Assembly (NCBI GenBank): GCA_027036135.1
Contig: JALVSY010000016.1
Span: forward strand, 288,001 to 352,000
Length of the DNA stretch: 64,000 bases
Direction of reading: 5' to 3'
From: Pyrodictiaceae archaeon
Lineage (GTDB): Archaea; Thermoproteota; Thermoprotei_A; Sulfolobales; Pyrodictiaceae
Numbering within the stretch: position 1 is the stretch's first letter; every line of letters begins with the position of its first letter. The translations under genes were made by a program, and so were the position numbers. Shown here in pieces: positions 38,981-48,834 of this stretch. The notes beneath the pieces are model-generated. The model did no database searches. It was not told where the DNA came from and worked only from the letters and a program-made list of their open reading frames with translations.

Positions 38981-39369
38981 GAAGAGTGATTTTCGACACG
39001 AGTATTCTCATGCTTCTCTACAATGGTGTCCAGGTTTTTGATGAGGTAGAGGAACTACTCTTATCCAAACCCGAGTGCATTGTGCCTCAAAGCGTCGTTG
39101 AGGAGCTAGAGAGAATCGCGAAGTCAAGCGATAAGAGTCTTCATCAGCGCCGTGCAGCTAGGCTGGCTCTCGAGGCACTGGAGAAGAGAGGGTGCATGGT
39201 AATTGAGACAAGTTTGTCGGCGGACGATGCTATAATAGAGCTTGCGACTAGGCTCAAGGACGCAATAGTCGCCACGGCTGATAACGAGCTTCGGAGAAGG
39301 CTAAGAGAGCTCGGTCTCCCAAACATATATTATAGGCGCTCACGGCACGGGTTAATGCTCGAGGCATAG
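38959..39369 (+). CDS. PIN-domain protein (Fcf1/Utp24-like)
   Basis: IFDTS, VVEEL, ADDAI, VATADNELRRR; conserved position after aIF2g; ATG 38959 preferred. Confidence 0.88.
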   Translation: MGYSARIRRVIFDTSILMLLYNGVQVFDEVEELLLSKPECIVPQSVVEELERIAKSSDKSLHQRRAARLALEALEKRGCMVIETSLSADDAIIELATRLKDAIVATADNELRRRLRELGLPNIYYRRSRHGLMLEA

Positions 39370-39491
39370 ACAAGCTTATAAGTACTGGCCTCCGAGTCAG
39401 CATCTATGCTTAATACTTCCCAGTCCCCTTGTACGAACAGCGGCACTTCCTAGGTGGCATGCTTCCCGGGAGCCATGGTGAGGGTGACACA

Positions 39492-40061
39492 TTGTACGTT
39501 GTCTACAGGGTTAGAGACGTCGTAAGGATTCCACCAAGCCTCTTTGGCTTGCCACTAGAGGAGGCAGCTCTCAGAGTTCTAACAGAGCGCTATGTGGGCT
39601 TCGTACACCCTGATATGGGCATCATAGTAGCAGTATTCAATGTCAACGTTGACCCGGAGGGACGCTTACTACCAGGCGATGGCGCTACTTACCATGACTC
39701 GGAGTACAGCGTCTTAGCGTTTAAGCCCCGAGTAAAGGAGGTTGTTGAAGGTGTTGTCGTTAATGCCCAGCAATACGGTATCTGGGTAAACCTTGGCCCT
39801 ATCGAGGGCTTTGCCCACATCACACAGCTCATGGACGATAGGGTCATCTTTGACCAGCAAAGGAAGGCCATGATAGGAGAGAAGACTAGGAAAATAGTAG
39901 AAATAGGCAATGTTGTGCGTGCAAGAGTAGTCTCTGTCTCCATGCCTACTGAGCCAACACTAAGACCAAGGATACAGCTGACGCTGAGACAGCCATACTT
40001 GGGTAGACCGGAGTGGTATAAGCGGAAAGAAGAGGTCAAGGCAACTAGCCAGGCACAGTGA
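39492..40061 (+). CDS. rpoE1: DNA-directed RNA polymerase subunit E' (Rpo7)
   Basis: DVVRIPP..FG, PGDGATYH, EVVEG.V, LTLRQPYLG; TTG 39492 after GAGGGTGA. Confidence 0.95.
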   Translation: MYVVYRVRDVVRIPPSLFGLPLEEAALRVLTERYVGFVHPDMGIIVAVFNVNVDPEGRLLPGDGATYHDSEYSVLAFKPRVKEVVEGVVVNAQQYGIWVNLGPIEGFAHITQLMDDRVIFDQQRKAMIGEKTRKIVEIGNVVRARVVSVSMPTEPTLRPRIQLTLRQPYLGRPEWYKRKEEVKATSQAQ

Positions 40062-40098
40062 TTCTTGAACAGCGTTGTGGCAGGGAGGTGATTACTAG

Positions 40099-40314
40099 AT
40101 GAGTACGAGGCGGGCCCGGTTACCACCGTTTAAGGCTTGTAGGAAGTGTAAGAGCCTAGTGCCACGTGAGGCAACCCGCTGCCCTGTCTGCGGCTCAACA
40201 GATCTAAGCGATGACTGGGAGGGAGCAATAATAGTCCTTGACCCCGAGAAGTCGCGTATCGCGAAGAGCCTTGGTATCGAGAAACCGGGTCGCTACGCTA
40301 TAAAGGTTAGATAG
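40099..40314 (+). CDS. spt4: Transcription elongation factor Spt4 (RpoE'')
   Basis: KACRKC..CPVCGS..W.G...DPEKS.IAK.LGI..PGRYAIKV. Confidence 0.95.
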   Translation: MSTRRARLPPFKACRKCKSLVPREATRCPVCGSTDLSDDWEGAIIVLDPEKSRIAKSLGIEKPGRYAIKVR

Positions 40315-40317
40315 GCC

Positions 40318-40854
40318 TTGTACCTCGCAAGGCTTTTTAATAAAGACCTCTGCCTCCCAGCGTATCTTCGTCCGCTTTTAGCCCTTCCGCCTCCACGTTC
40401 GCACCTAATAAGTGGGGCTGAGCAGCTAGCCTCTCTACGGTATTCGCGGATCATAAGCGTCGGCGACAGAGTGACACGTGATCTCGTTAGTGCGGGCGCC
40501 CATCCCTGGGTAAGTATTTTTGACTGTATTGAGCGAAGAGGAAAAACGCAATGCCCCACGTTGAGTGGCTATAGAGAACTCGTTGTGAATAATCCCCGCT
40601 CAACTATCTCGCGTGAAGCAGTTAGTGCTCTAGAGTCGGTAATGGATGGAAGGGAACGCGTAGCCATACGCGTCGTCGGGGAAGAGGATCTCTTGGCCCT
40701 AGTGTCTGTACTTGTTGCACCCATAGGCGTGCACGTTGTTTATGGACTGCCTGGACGTGCAGCGGTAGATATCCGCGTCGACGAATACCACAAGAGGAGC
40801 GTTCTCTATCTCCTATCATTATTTGAGCCGTGCGGCCAGGGCTCGGAGAGGTAA
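40318..40854 (+). CDS. GTP-dependent dephospho-CoA kinase (DUF359)
   Basis: SVGDRVT, NPRSTI, GEEDLLAL, VYGLPG; conserved locus after spt4. Confidence 0.85.
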   Translation: MYLARLFNKDLCLPAYLRPLLALPPPRSHLISGAEQLASLRYSRIISVGDRVTRDLVSAGAHPWVSIFDCIERRGKTQCPTLSGYRELVVNNPRSTISREAVSALESVMDGRERVAIRVVGEEDLLALVSVLVAPIGVHVVYGLPGRAAVDIRVDEYHKRSVLYLLSLFEPCGQGSER

Positions 40855-40926
40855 AAAGGAATAAACCCGGCACGCACAAGCTTGGTGCGGGGTAACTAGA
40901 TAGAGCTAGGCGGGGTGCAGCAATAG

Positions 40927-41307
40927 TTGTCGCAGCAAATACCACGTGAAGTCGTAGAGATGTTCATACCAAAGGGAGCTAAGAAGATGGAAGTAGACCT
41001 AGGCGAGGGCTATGAGGTTTATGTGACTAAGGACTGGTATAACCCGCTTATAAAGCGCCGCGAGATAGATGCCGTGATAATCCACATGGGTAAGTCCACG
41101 CCGAGCAGGATGAAGCTACGCATGCAGTTCGCTAAGGCGCTCAATGTTGATGTTAAGAGGCTCTACATAAGAAGCGTTAAGTCAGAGTACGGCGTAGGGG
41201 TAAGCAGGATAGAGGTACATGTATACGATAGCGCTGAGAGAGCACTACAATTCGAGCCAAAGTACATCATTGAGAGAAACAAGCTGCCCGAGGAAATGGA
41301 GGAGTAA
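40927..41307 (+). CDS. rps24e: 30S ribosomal protein S24e
   Basis: NPLIKRREI, H..KSTPSR, SEYG, EPKYIIERN. Confidence 0.95.
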   Translation: MSQQIPREVVEMFIPKGAKKMEVDLGEGYEVYVTKDWYNPLIKRREIDAVIIHMGKSTPSRMKLRMQFAKALNVDVKRLYIRSVKSEYGVGVSRIEVHVYDSAERALQFEPKYIIERNKLPEEMEE

Positions 41308-41355
41308 GCGTATAAGAGGAAAGAACATCTACGTAGCAGCTCTGGGTGAGCCAGA

Positions 41356-41547
41356 ATGGCCGAGAAGAAGCTCAAGCTCTACGTGCATAGGCTATACGAA
41401 TACGACTACAACACTGGCACAATAAAGAGGAAGAACAAGATATGCCCACGTTGCGGAAGCTTCATGGCGTTCCACAAGTACCCTGTGCCGAGGTGGCATT
41501 GTGGTAAATGTGGACACACCGAGTTCGTTAGGGAGGCCAAGAGGTAA
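41356..41547 (+). CDS. rps27ae: 30S ribosomal protein S27ae
   Basis: [19 protein letters not shown]. Confidence 0.96.
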   Translation: MAEKKLKLYVHRLYEYDYNTGTIKRKNKICPRCGSFMAFHKYPVPRWHCGKCGHTEFVREAKR

Positions 41548-42592
41548 TCCACGGGTTCTTTACCCTCTCCTCGACTGGGACCGCGAAGTCCTTGTTCTTG
41601 GTATAGAGTCCACTGCTCATACCTTCGGCGTAGGGGTTGCATCCACAAAGCCTCCCTACATCCTATCTAGTGTACGAGATACTTACAGGCCCGAGAAAGG
41701 CGGGATACACCCCCGCGAAGCCGCTGGTCACCATGCTCGTGTTGCTCCAGAGGTACTGGCGGAGGCTCTCCGAGTAGCTGGCATAAGCATGAATGACGTA
41801 GACGCCGTGGCTGTGGCTCTCGGCCCAGGACTGGGCCCTTGTCTCCGAGTAGGAGCCACGATTGCCCGTGGCCTGGCAGCCTACTACGGGAAGCCACTGG
41901 TCCCCGTTAACCACGCTATTGCCCATATAGAGGTAGGTAGACTCTACACGGGGCTCCAAGACCCCGTGATTCTCTACGTCTCTGGAGGAAACACGATGGT
42001 TGCTGCTTTCGCTAAGAAGCGGTACAGAGTATTCGGCGAGACCCTTGACGTCGCCCTCGGTAATCTCCTCGACACCTTTGCGAGGGATGCGGGGCTAGCC
42101 CCACCTTATATCGTGGAGGGACTACATGTTGTAGATAAGTGCGCAGAGGAGGCCACGGAGCCAGCAGATCTACCCTACGTAGTTAAGGGAATGGATGTAT
42201 CATTCTCCGGGCTCCTAACAGCAGCTCTACGGGCATGGCAACACGCCCGAAGCAAGGCTGAGAAGGCATCAATATGTCTAGGCCTCAGAGAAATCGCTTA
42301 TGGAGCAGCAGTCGAGGTAGCTGAAAGAGGGCTTGCACACACAAAGAAAAACGCGGTACTACTAACGGGCGGTGTAGCAGCAAGCCCTATTCTACGAGAG
42401 AAAATAGGGATCATGGCCTCCTATCACTCAGCTAATGCAGGTTGGCCCCCACCACCAATCGCGGGCGACAATGGAGCTATGATCGCGTGGGTAGGGCTTC
42501 TAAACTACCTAGCCGAGATAACCATTAACATTGATGAGTCTTTTGTTAGGCAGCGCTGGAGACCAGATGAGGTAGAAGTGCCGTGGAGATAA
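41501..42592 (+). CDS. kae1: KEOPS tRNA N6-threonylcarbamoyltransferase Kae1
   Basis: [48 protein letters not shown]. Confidence 0.95.
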   Translation: MVNVDTPSSLGRPRGNPRVLYPLLDWDREVLVLGIESTAHTFGVGVASTKPPYILSSVRDTYRPEKGGIHPREAAGHHARVAPEVLAEALRVAGISMNDVDAVAVALGPGLGPCLRVGATIARGLAAYYGKPLVPVNHAIAHIEVGRLYTGLQDPVILYVSGGNTMVAAFAKKRYRVFGETLDVALGNLLDTFARDAGLAPPYIVEGLHVVDKCAEEATEPADLPYVVKGMDVSFSGLLTAALRAWQHARSKAEKASICLGLREIAYGAAVEVAERGLAHTKKNAVLLTGGVAASPILREKIGIMASYHSANAGWPPPPIAGDNGAMIAWVGLLNYLAEITINIDESFVRQRWRPDEVEVPWR

Positions 42593-43248
42593 CGAAAGAG
42601 CTAAAGCCAATACATCGGGGAGCTGAGGCCTATCTTTATCTCATTGACTGGTTTGGTAAAAAAGCAATACTTAAGCATAGGCTTCCAAAGAAGTATCGTC
42701 ACAGCAAGCTTGACACTCTTCTGCGTAGAAGAAGAACGGTTGCAGAGGTACGTGCAATCAAGGAAGCACTAAGGATAGGAGTAATGGTGCCAGCAATATA
42801 CTATGTAGATCCCATAGAGGCTATTATAGTGATGGAGTATCTGCCGTACCCGAGTCTTAGCGGCATCATAGAGGGAGGCGACCTAGAGAAGGCTATCAGG
42901 GCGAGTGAGCAAGTAGGGCGATATGCTGCAAAGCTTCATGAAGAGGGTATAAGCCATGGAGACCTAACGACGAGCAACGTTCTCGTAGGAGACCATGTCT
43001 ACCTAATAGATTTTGGGCTAGCCTCTCTTCACAGCACTGAGAGAGATAATGCAGTGGATGTGCACCTCTTTCTCCGGAGCCTCGAGTCCACGCACCCAGA
43101 GCACGTGGACACAGTGTTTCGGGCATTTCTAGATGGTTATCGCAGCATTAGGGGAGAAAAGACGGAGAAGATACTAGGCCTCGTAGAAGAGATAAGGCTT
43201 ATGGGTCGATACAAGGCCGAGAGGAGGACACTATGGGGGCAACAATAG
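42583..43248 (+). CDS. bud32: KEOPS kinase/ATPase Bud32
   Basis: GAEA, K.RLPKKYRH, HGDLTTSN, LIDFGL, GRY. Confidence 0.94.
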   Translation: MEITKELKPIHRGAEAYLYLIDWFGKKAILKHRLPKKYRHSKLDTLLRRRRTVAEVRAIKEALRIGVMVPAIYYVDPIEAIIVMEYLPYPSLSGIIEGGDLEKAIRASEQVGRYAAKLHEEGISHGDLTTSNVLVGDHVYLIDFGLASLHSTERDNAVDVHLFLRSLESTHPEHVDTVFRAFLDGYRSIRGEKTEKILGLVEEIRLMGRYKAERRTLWGQQ

Positions 43249-43799
43249 CAATAGCCACGGGTAATCGCCACAAGGTCGAGGAAATAAACAACGTGCTTCG
43301 CGGGTGCGGGTACCAGGTAGAACCCGTAGATGCCCCGAAGATAGAGATACAGAGTGATAGCCTAGTAGAAATAGCCCTGTTCGCAGCATCCACAGCCTAT
43401 AGTCTACTTCATAGACCAGTTATTGTCGAGGATTCTGGGTTGTTCATAGAGTCCCTGAACGGCTTTCCCGGGCCCTACTCTGCCTACGTCTATAAAACCA
43501 TAGGCATCAATGGAGTACTGAGGCTATTAGGTAGCAGAAGTGATAGGAAGGCTTACTTCAAGTCAGTAATAGCACTAGCATATAGAGATGGCATAGTAGT
43601 GTTCGAGGCAGAGGCACCCGGAGAAATAGCCAGAGAGCCCCGGGGGACCCAAGGCTTCGGCTTCGACCCAATATTCGTCCCCGAGGGCTCGGAGAAGACT
43701 TTCGCCGAGATGAGCCTAGAAGAGAAGAATACGTTCTCTCACAGAGGCAAGGCAGCTAAGAAATTATGCACGTGGCTCAAGGAACATGATATCAAGTAG
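43233..43799 (+). CDS. rdgB: dITP/XTP pyrophosphatase (RdgB/HAM1)
   Basis: ATGN.HK..E, EIQ, EDSGL, GFPGPYS, FGFDPIF, EKN.FSHRGKA. Confidence 0.94.
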   Translation: MGATIAIATGNRHKVEEINNVLRGCGYQVEPVDAPKIEIQSDSLVEIALFAASTAYSLLHRPVIVEDSGLFIESLNGFPGPYSAYVYKTIGINGVLRLLGSRSDRKAYFKSVIALAYRDGIVVFEAEAPGEIAREPRGTQGFGFDPIFVPEGSEKTFAEMSLEEKNTFSHRGKAAKKLCTWLKEHDIK

Positions 43800-43814
43800 T
43801 CAAGCCCCGCTCTA

Positions 43815-43944
43815 TTTATAAGGGCTAGGATAACCCGGTTCCAGAACACACGGCGGTCTCTCAAGAGGCCCCTGGGGGAGCAGGGGCCGCTCCTAGGACG
43901 CAAGAGAGGGCTCCTGCTCACCTCGCATCGGAGGTGCGTGTAGA
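43815..43944 (+). promoter_or_regulatory. TATA box and structured ~100-nt 5' leader of rps15
   Basis: TTTATAA at 43815; alternative helices and a CACCTC/GAGGTG hairpin covering the SD. Confidence 0.5.
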
Positions 43945-44424
43945 GTGGCAGGTAAGAGGAGGAAGAAGGGTAGGTCACACTCTACGAGGCCAGCGAGCCC
44001 AGCCATACCTAAGTGGGTTCAGTACGATCCCGAGGAGATAGAGGAGATAATCGTTGACCTAGCTAGGAAAGGCTACGGCCCAAGCATGATAGGTATTATA
44101 CTGCGTGACCAGTTCGGCATCCCGCTAGTTAAGCCAATACTGGGTAAAACCATAACCGAGGTACTGGAAGAGCATGGAATAAAGATGGTCGTTCCCGAGG
44201 ACCTATTCCGTCTCATCCAGAAAGCGGTTAATCTTAGGAGACACCTAGAGGAGCACCCGAAGGACACGCATGCAAAGAAGGGTCTACTAGACCTAGAGGC
44301 AAAGATAAGGCGGATAGTCAAGTACTATAAGCGTGAAGGCAAGCTACCACCTGACTGGAAGTATGATCCGCAGCAGGCTAAGCTACTGATAGCTGGCGGT
44401 CTCTACGTCGTCGAGAAACAGTAA
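43945..44424 (+). CDS. rps15: 30S ribosomal protein S15 (S13e)
   Basis: [41 protein letters not shown]. Confidence 0.97.
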   Translation: MAGKRRKKGRSHSTRPASPAIPKWVQYDPEEIEEIIVDLARKGYGPSMIGIILRDQFGIPLVKPILGKTITEVLEEHGIKMVVPEDLFRLIQKAVNLRRHLEEHPKDTHAKKGLLDLEAKIRRIVKYYKREGKLPPDWKYDPQQAKLLIAGGLYVVEKQ

Positions 44425-44539
44425 GGAGTCAGCTCAGCGAAGGCTTTCCTAAAAGTTTTCTCCATACTAATAGTCCTCCTTGACTCAGTGCAACAGCTTT
44501 TCTTCCACAGCATCATCACTAGTCAAGCTGGGGGAATCA

Positions 44540-45829
44540 GTGTCTCTTGACAAGGCCTTCGAGAAAATTATTAGCGAGAAAGAGGCAGCGCTGCTAAGAC
44601 CAGCAGCTAGCCAGGTAGGAGCAGCGCTCAAGGAGTACAACTATCTCGAAATCTATGCTTTCCCCTCAATAGACTCCTTGTTAGCCGCTGGAATAGCTGT
44701 TAACGTTCTCCTCAAAAGCAACATAGATTTTACACTAAGTATTCGTGCATCGGCACCTAGGGAGCTAACCGAGCCCTCGCTTCTCCTTGGCTATCCGGCT
44801 CAAAGCGCCCAAGAGATAAGGGCTCAGAGACCATCAGCCCTCATAGGTATAGGGGAAAAGCCAGCAGGGCTCCTCCACATAGCGGTGACCTCGTCGAGCG
44901 ACTCTAGTATCGCGGCTTTAACAGCAGCAGTATTCTCTGAGCTAACAGTTGTTGGTTATCCCTCGATATACGGGCTCATAGCTGGTTATTGGAGAGGACT
45001 AGACAAGGGCAAGAAGGCCTCCTTCATTGGGATAGAGGCTAGCATCGCGGAGATGCTTAAGCTTGAAAACAAGGTAGAGGAATTGTTTAATCTGAAGCTG
45101 TTTCGTTGGCCAGAGATAGCAACAGAAGAAGCTATGGCCAGGACGCTTGACCCCTATTTACCAGGGCTAAGCGGCGACCTAGACACATGTACCAAGCTGC
45201 TCAGGGAGGATCTGCGCCTAGCAAAGCTACTTGGTAAGAGGCTAGAGGAGGCACCGGAGCAGAGTATTGCAACACTTGGAGAAAAACTATATGAGCTCCT
45301 AAAGAAGAAGAGTAAGGGCCCGAGACGCCCAACAGACGTCATAGGTATAAGCTATTATAGCCAAGTATTCCCTCTACGGGATCTAAGAGAAGCTGTTTAT
45401 GTCTTATCACACTATGTCGCAAAAGGGTATGCCAAACAGGTCTCACTAATAACTGTGGATGAACTAGCTATATCGGCTGCAGCTCTCTACCTCTACACAA
45501 AGAACTTCCCAGGCATTGTAGAGACAGTCAACGAGCTAATAACCAGGAATACACAGGGAAGCCTCGTACTTAACCGAGTCAAAATAAGGAAAACAAGTAT
45601 TGAAAGAGAGTACGTGCCGATAGCTGAGAGAGTTCTCAGACAACTAGGCTACCTAGGAGAACAGGAGATACTGGGCACCGAGGCCGAGGAAGGGCTCCTA
45701 GTCCTTGCAGAGGACTTGCTCCAGGGACTAGGCCCTGGGAGCTTCATGGATTACATGTCACGCGGGTGCATAGAGTACCTGGAGGGAACGATATTTGCAA
45801 AAATCAACGAGGAGAAGTGCAGACAATAA
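44540..45829 (+). CDS. RecJ/Cdc45-like (GAN-locus) DHH-superfamily protein, nuclease motifs degenerate
   Basis: SIDSLLAAGI (degenerate DxDG), RTLDPYLPGLSGD; conserved rps15-RecJ/Cdc45-pcc1-rps3ae order; GTG 44540 preferred. Confidence 0.65.
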   Translation: MSLDKAFEKIISEKEAALLRPAASQVGAALKEYNYLEIYAFPSIDSLLAAGIAVNVLLKSNIDFTLSIRASAPRELTEPSLLLGYPAQSAQEIRAQRPSALIGIGEKPAGLLHIAVTSSSDSSIAALTAAVFSELTVVGYPSIYGLIAGYWRGLDKGKKASFIGIEASIAEMLKLENKVEELFNLKLFRWPEIATEEAMARTLDPYLPGLSGDLDTCTKLLREDLRLAKLLGKRLEEAPEQSIATLGEKLYELLKKKSKGPRRPTDVIGISYYSQVFPLRDLREAVYVLSHYVAKGYAKQVSLITVDELAISAAALYLYTKNFPGIVETVNELITRNTQGSLVLNRVKIRKTSIEREYVPIAERVLRQLGYLGEQEILGTEAEEGLLVLAEDLLQGLGPGSFMDYMSRGCIEYLEGTIFAKINEEKCRQ

Positions 45830-46103
45830 GCAGCTAATCCGGGTAGAATTATTAATAGAGACAAATAACCCGGAGGAAGCACAAGCACTACTCAGTGCTA
45901 TAAGACCCGATGATAAGACAGCACCATCGTGGCTAACTATAAGAGAAAAGCAAGACGGGCACTATATACGCATAGTCGTGGAGGCAGAGGATACACGGAG
46001 GCTAGGAAGCGTGAGAAACACTGTTGACGAGATACTGGAGTTCCTATACTCGCTGCTAAAGAGCATAGAGGAGACTGCTAAGACTTTAAAGCAGGCAGAC
46101 TAG
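45795..46103 (+). CDS. pcc1: KEOPS subunit Pcc1
   Basis: A.AL..AIRPDD, SVRNTVDEIL; conserved position. Confidence 0.85.
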   Translation: MQKSTRRSADNKQLIRVELLIETNNPEEAQALLSAIRPDDKTAPSWLTIREKQDGHYIRIVVEAEDTRRLGSVRNTVDEILEFLYSLLKSIEETAKTLKQAD

Positions 46104-46129
46104 GAGCGAGGAATGGGGGTAGGACTGTA

Positions 46130-46780
46130 ATGAGTCGTCGCCGCTACGGTGGTACGCGAGATACTTGGCGTCTAAAGAAGTGGTACGAGGTAATAGCTCC
46201 CCCTGTGTTCGGGAACGCGGTGCTCGGTACGACACCGGCAGATGACCCGAGGAAGCTAATCGGTAGAGTAATGGAGACAACACTCTATGATATAACTGGC
46301 GACTTCTCGCTAGTACATGTTCATCTATACTTCCAGATAATCGATGTAGACGAGGAGAATCTCAAAGCTTATACTAGGTTTAAAGGCCACGAACTTGCAA
46401 GGGACTATATGAAGAGCTTCATTCGCAGGAAGAGCAGCAAGGTTCAGGGCATATACAATGTTGTGACAAAAGATGGGTACGGGCTAAGGATAACAGGCGT
46501 AGTACTTACAACGTATCGGTGCAAGACAAGCCAAAAGAAAGCAATAAGGAAGATAATGGGCGAGATCATAACAAAGCGCACGGCAGAGATGACTCTAGAC
46601 GAGCTAATCAAGGCAATGCTATTCGGCCAGCTCGCTAACGAAATATTCGAGGCAGCCAAGAAGATATACCCGATAAGAAAAGTTGAGATATACAAGTCAA
46701 AGCTACTAACCATACCAGGCCCCGAGGGCAAGCCACAACCAGCAGTAGTAGTTTCACCTCTAATGTACGAGCGTCGCTAA
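46130..46780 (+). CDS. rps3ae: 30S ribosomal protein S3Ae
   Basis: DTWRLKKWY.V.AP..FG, GRVMETTLYDITGD, RRKSSK, KIYPIRKVEI.KSK. Confidence 0.97.
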   Translation: MSRRRYGGTRDTWRLKKWYEVIAPPVFGNAVLGTTPADDPRKLIGRVMETTLYDITGDFSLVHVHLYFQIIDVDEENLKAYTRFKGHELARDYMKSFIRRKSSKVQGIYNVVTKDGYGLRITGVVLTTYRCKTSQKKAIRKIMGEIITKRTAEMTLDELIKAMLFGQLANEIFEAAKKIYPIRKVEIYKSKLLTIPGPEGKPQPAVVVSPLMYERR

Positions 46781-46930
46781 GTATATTCCAGTCATTTTAC
46801 ACATGTAACGAATATCTCTACTTGATTATTTCTAGCAGGAGTTAGTGCTAAGAAACAGCTTTGTTATCACAAGCCCCTTTCCTCGCTACGGGGGTTAAGT
46901 AATCTCTAGCTCTCCTAAGGTGCATGTAGA

Positions 46931-48055
46931 GTGAGCGAGAAGGGTCCATGCGACTACATATTAGTGAAGACGGTTCTAGGAATGGAGCATGTGGCTGCAA
47001 GCTACATACGAGACATAGACCCTTTAGCAGAGGTTATACCCTCTCCTCGCGGATTTAAGGGCCTTGTGCTTGTTAAGCCATCGAGGGATAAGCACGAAGT
47101 AGCAAGGAAGATAGAGGCCGAGGTCCCGGAGGCTGAGAAGGTCCTAGTCATAGAGGGTTGTGCACCTGCTCAACCCGAGGAGATAGCCGAGGTGGCTGCA
47201 AGCCTTGCGCCCCACTATATAAGCTCCAGTGAGACTTTTGCAGTCAGAACTACGCGTCGAGGCCGCCACAGCTTTACCAGTATTGATGTGAACGTTATTG
47301 TAGGCGATGCGGTGCGAAAAGCGACGGGGGCAAGCGTTAACTTGAGATACCCAGACAAGGTGGTCGCGGTCGAGATAATTGCTGACAAGGCATTCATAGC
47401 CTTCTACCCTGGATCGAAAGAATGGAAAAAGATGAGACCGGGCAAGTATCCTCTCTATAAGCTCTTCAGAAAGATAGCGATAGTTCAGATGCCTTACCTG
47501 GGTCCTCTCGATGCGTGTAAGACTATGGGGGTTCGCGTGGGGAGAGAGGTTCAGAACTTCGAAGTAGGCGAGCTGGTCATAGCACCTATAGGCCTCGTGG
47601 ATGCTCTCCAACTAAAGACGTTCCTAGAGGGTGTCTTTGAGGGAATAGAGTCCAGGTACCAGATTCAGAGAAAGAGCTATGGGAGGAAGACCCGCAGAGT
47701 TCCTGTATACTTGCAGGACTTGTACCAGCTTGTTAGGGCTAGGAGCAACGAAGCAATCATAGTGTTTGAGCCCGAGGGAGAGCACGTATCCAAGAAGGCA
47801 GAGGAGATACTAAAGCTGGTTAAGCGCTACCCGAGAATAAACATGTTGTTTGGTTCGAGAGAGGGCGTACCAGAGGGTGTCTATCGGTTTGCCGATCTAG
47901 TGCTGGATATAGCGCCAGGGATAACTCTTTCAACAGAGTATGCTGCTGCATCAGCATTAATAGCTGTTGCAAGTGTAATACATGATTATCTAGCTGAGGA
48001 GCTAGCTGAGGAGGAAGAACAAGAAGCAGGCAAAGCAAATAAACAAAACAAGTGA
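46931..48055 (+). CDS. THUMP-SPOUT fusion RNA methyltransferase (TrmTS-like)
   Basis: THUMP: FAVRTTRRG.HSFTSIDVN..VG, VNL.YPDK; SPOUT knot: EPEG, GSREGVP.G..RFAD..LDIAPG.TLSTE. Confidence 0.85.
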   Translation: MSEKGPCDYILVKTVLGMEHVAASYIRDIDPLAEVIPSPRGFKGLVLVKPSRDKHEVARKIEAEVPEAEKVLVIEGCAPAQPEEIAEVAASLAPHYISSSETFAVRTTRRGRHSFTSIDVNVIVGDAVRKATGASVNLRYPDKVVAVEIIADKAFIAFYPGSKEWKKMRPGKYPLYKLFRKIAIVQMPYLGPLDACKTMGVRVGREVQNFEVGELVIAPIGLVDALQLKTFLEGVFEGIESRYQIQRKSYGRKTRRVPVYLQDLYQLVRARSNEAIIVFEPEGEHVSKKAEEILKLVKRYPRINMLFGSREGVPEGVYRFADLVLDIAPGITLSTEYAAASALIAVASVIHDYLAEELAEEEEQEAGKANKQNK

Positions 48056-48104
48056 GACAACGTATGCTATATCATTGTCGCAAGTCTTGATTATTGTGTT
48101 ATGC

Positions 48105-48671
48105 CTAGAAACTGCTTAGTCCCCATTCCCTAAGAGCCCTAGCTACGGCCTTTGCCAGAATAGGGTCCCTTCTCCCAAGATCTCTTATGAGTCTACGTAG
48201 CCTCTGGCGAGGATCAGGTCTTCTTGGCTGGCGCCTACGCCTAGGAATACTTGGCTGAGGCGGGTTCACATACTCGTCTATGTCCTTATAAAGGCTCTCT
48301 CTAGGCTCACTCGCTGAAGCTGGCTCAATAGCGACCTGCGCGTCTTGGAGAATTTTTTGAACCTCGTTGCTTAGATTCTCCTCTCTGATATTCTTTAGGG
48401 CTTCTAGTACGTCTTTTAGCGGCTCCTCTCCCCTCTCCTCTAGGAATCGTATAAGGAAGGCATTAGCTATTATAGCTGCCAGCATGCTTGCAACGCGACG
48501 AGCCTCACCGAGACCAGAGTCTATTGGTTTCAGAGGAGAGTAAACAGCATCGGCTGAAGCCATAAGGGCTCTAGCGCATTTCTTTGGCTCAAGTTCTCCC
48601 TCGAGGCAATTCGTCTTTATGGTGTTAAGTGACGAAGCAACAATGCTTGTCATCATGTTTCTCCAGGCCAA
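48105..48671 (-). CDS. Hypothetical protein
   Basis: 188-aa helical ORF with basic C-terminus; no family recognised. Confidence 0.6.
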   Translation of the reverse strand: MAWRNMMTSIVASSLNTIKTNCLEGELEPKKCARALMASADAVYSPLKPIDSGLGEARRVASMLAAIIANAFLIRFLEERGEEPLKDVLEALKNIREENLSNEVQKILQDAQVAIEPASASEPRESLYKDIDEYVNPPQPSIPRRRRQPRRPDPRQRLRRLIRDLGRRDPILAKAVARALREWGLSSF

Positions 48672-48834
48672 GGCAGGGCTCAGCCCCTCAGCTACCTCCT
48701 ATACACCGAGGCGCCACGAGGGTTTTTAGCCTATACACATACCGTTTAACCTCCCTCCTCCTCGGATTTTTATAAACTCCTGGGCCTACTCGGCTAAATG
48801 ATAAAGCTTGACCAGTTAGTCTTTTTGCAACCGG

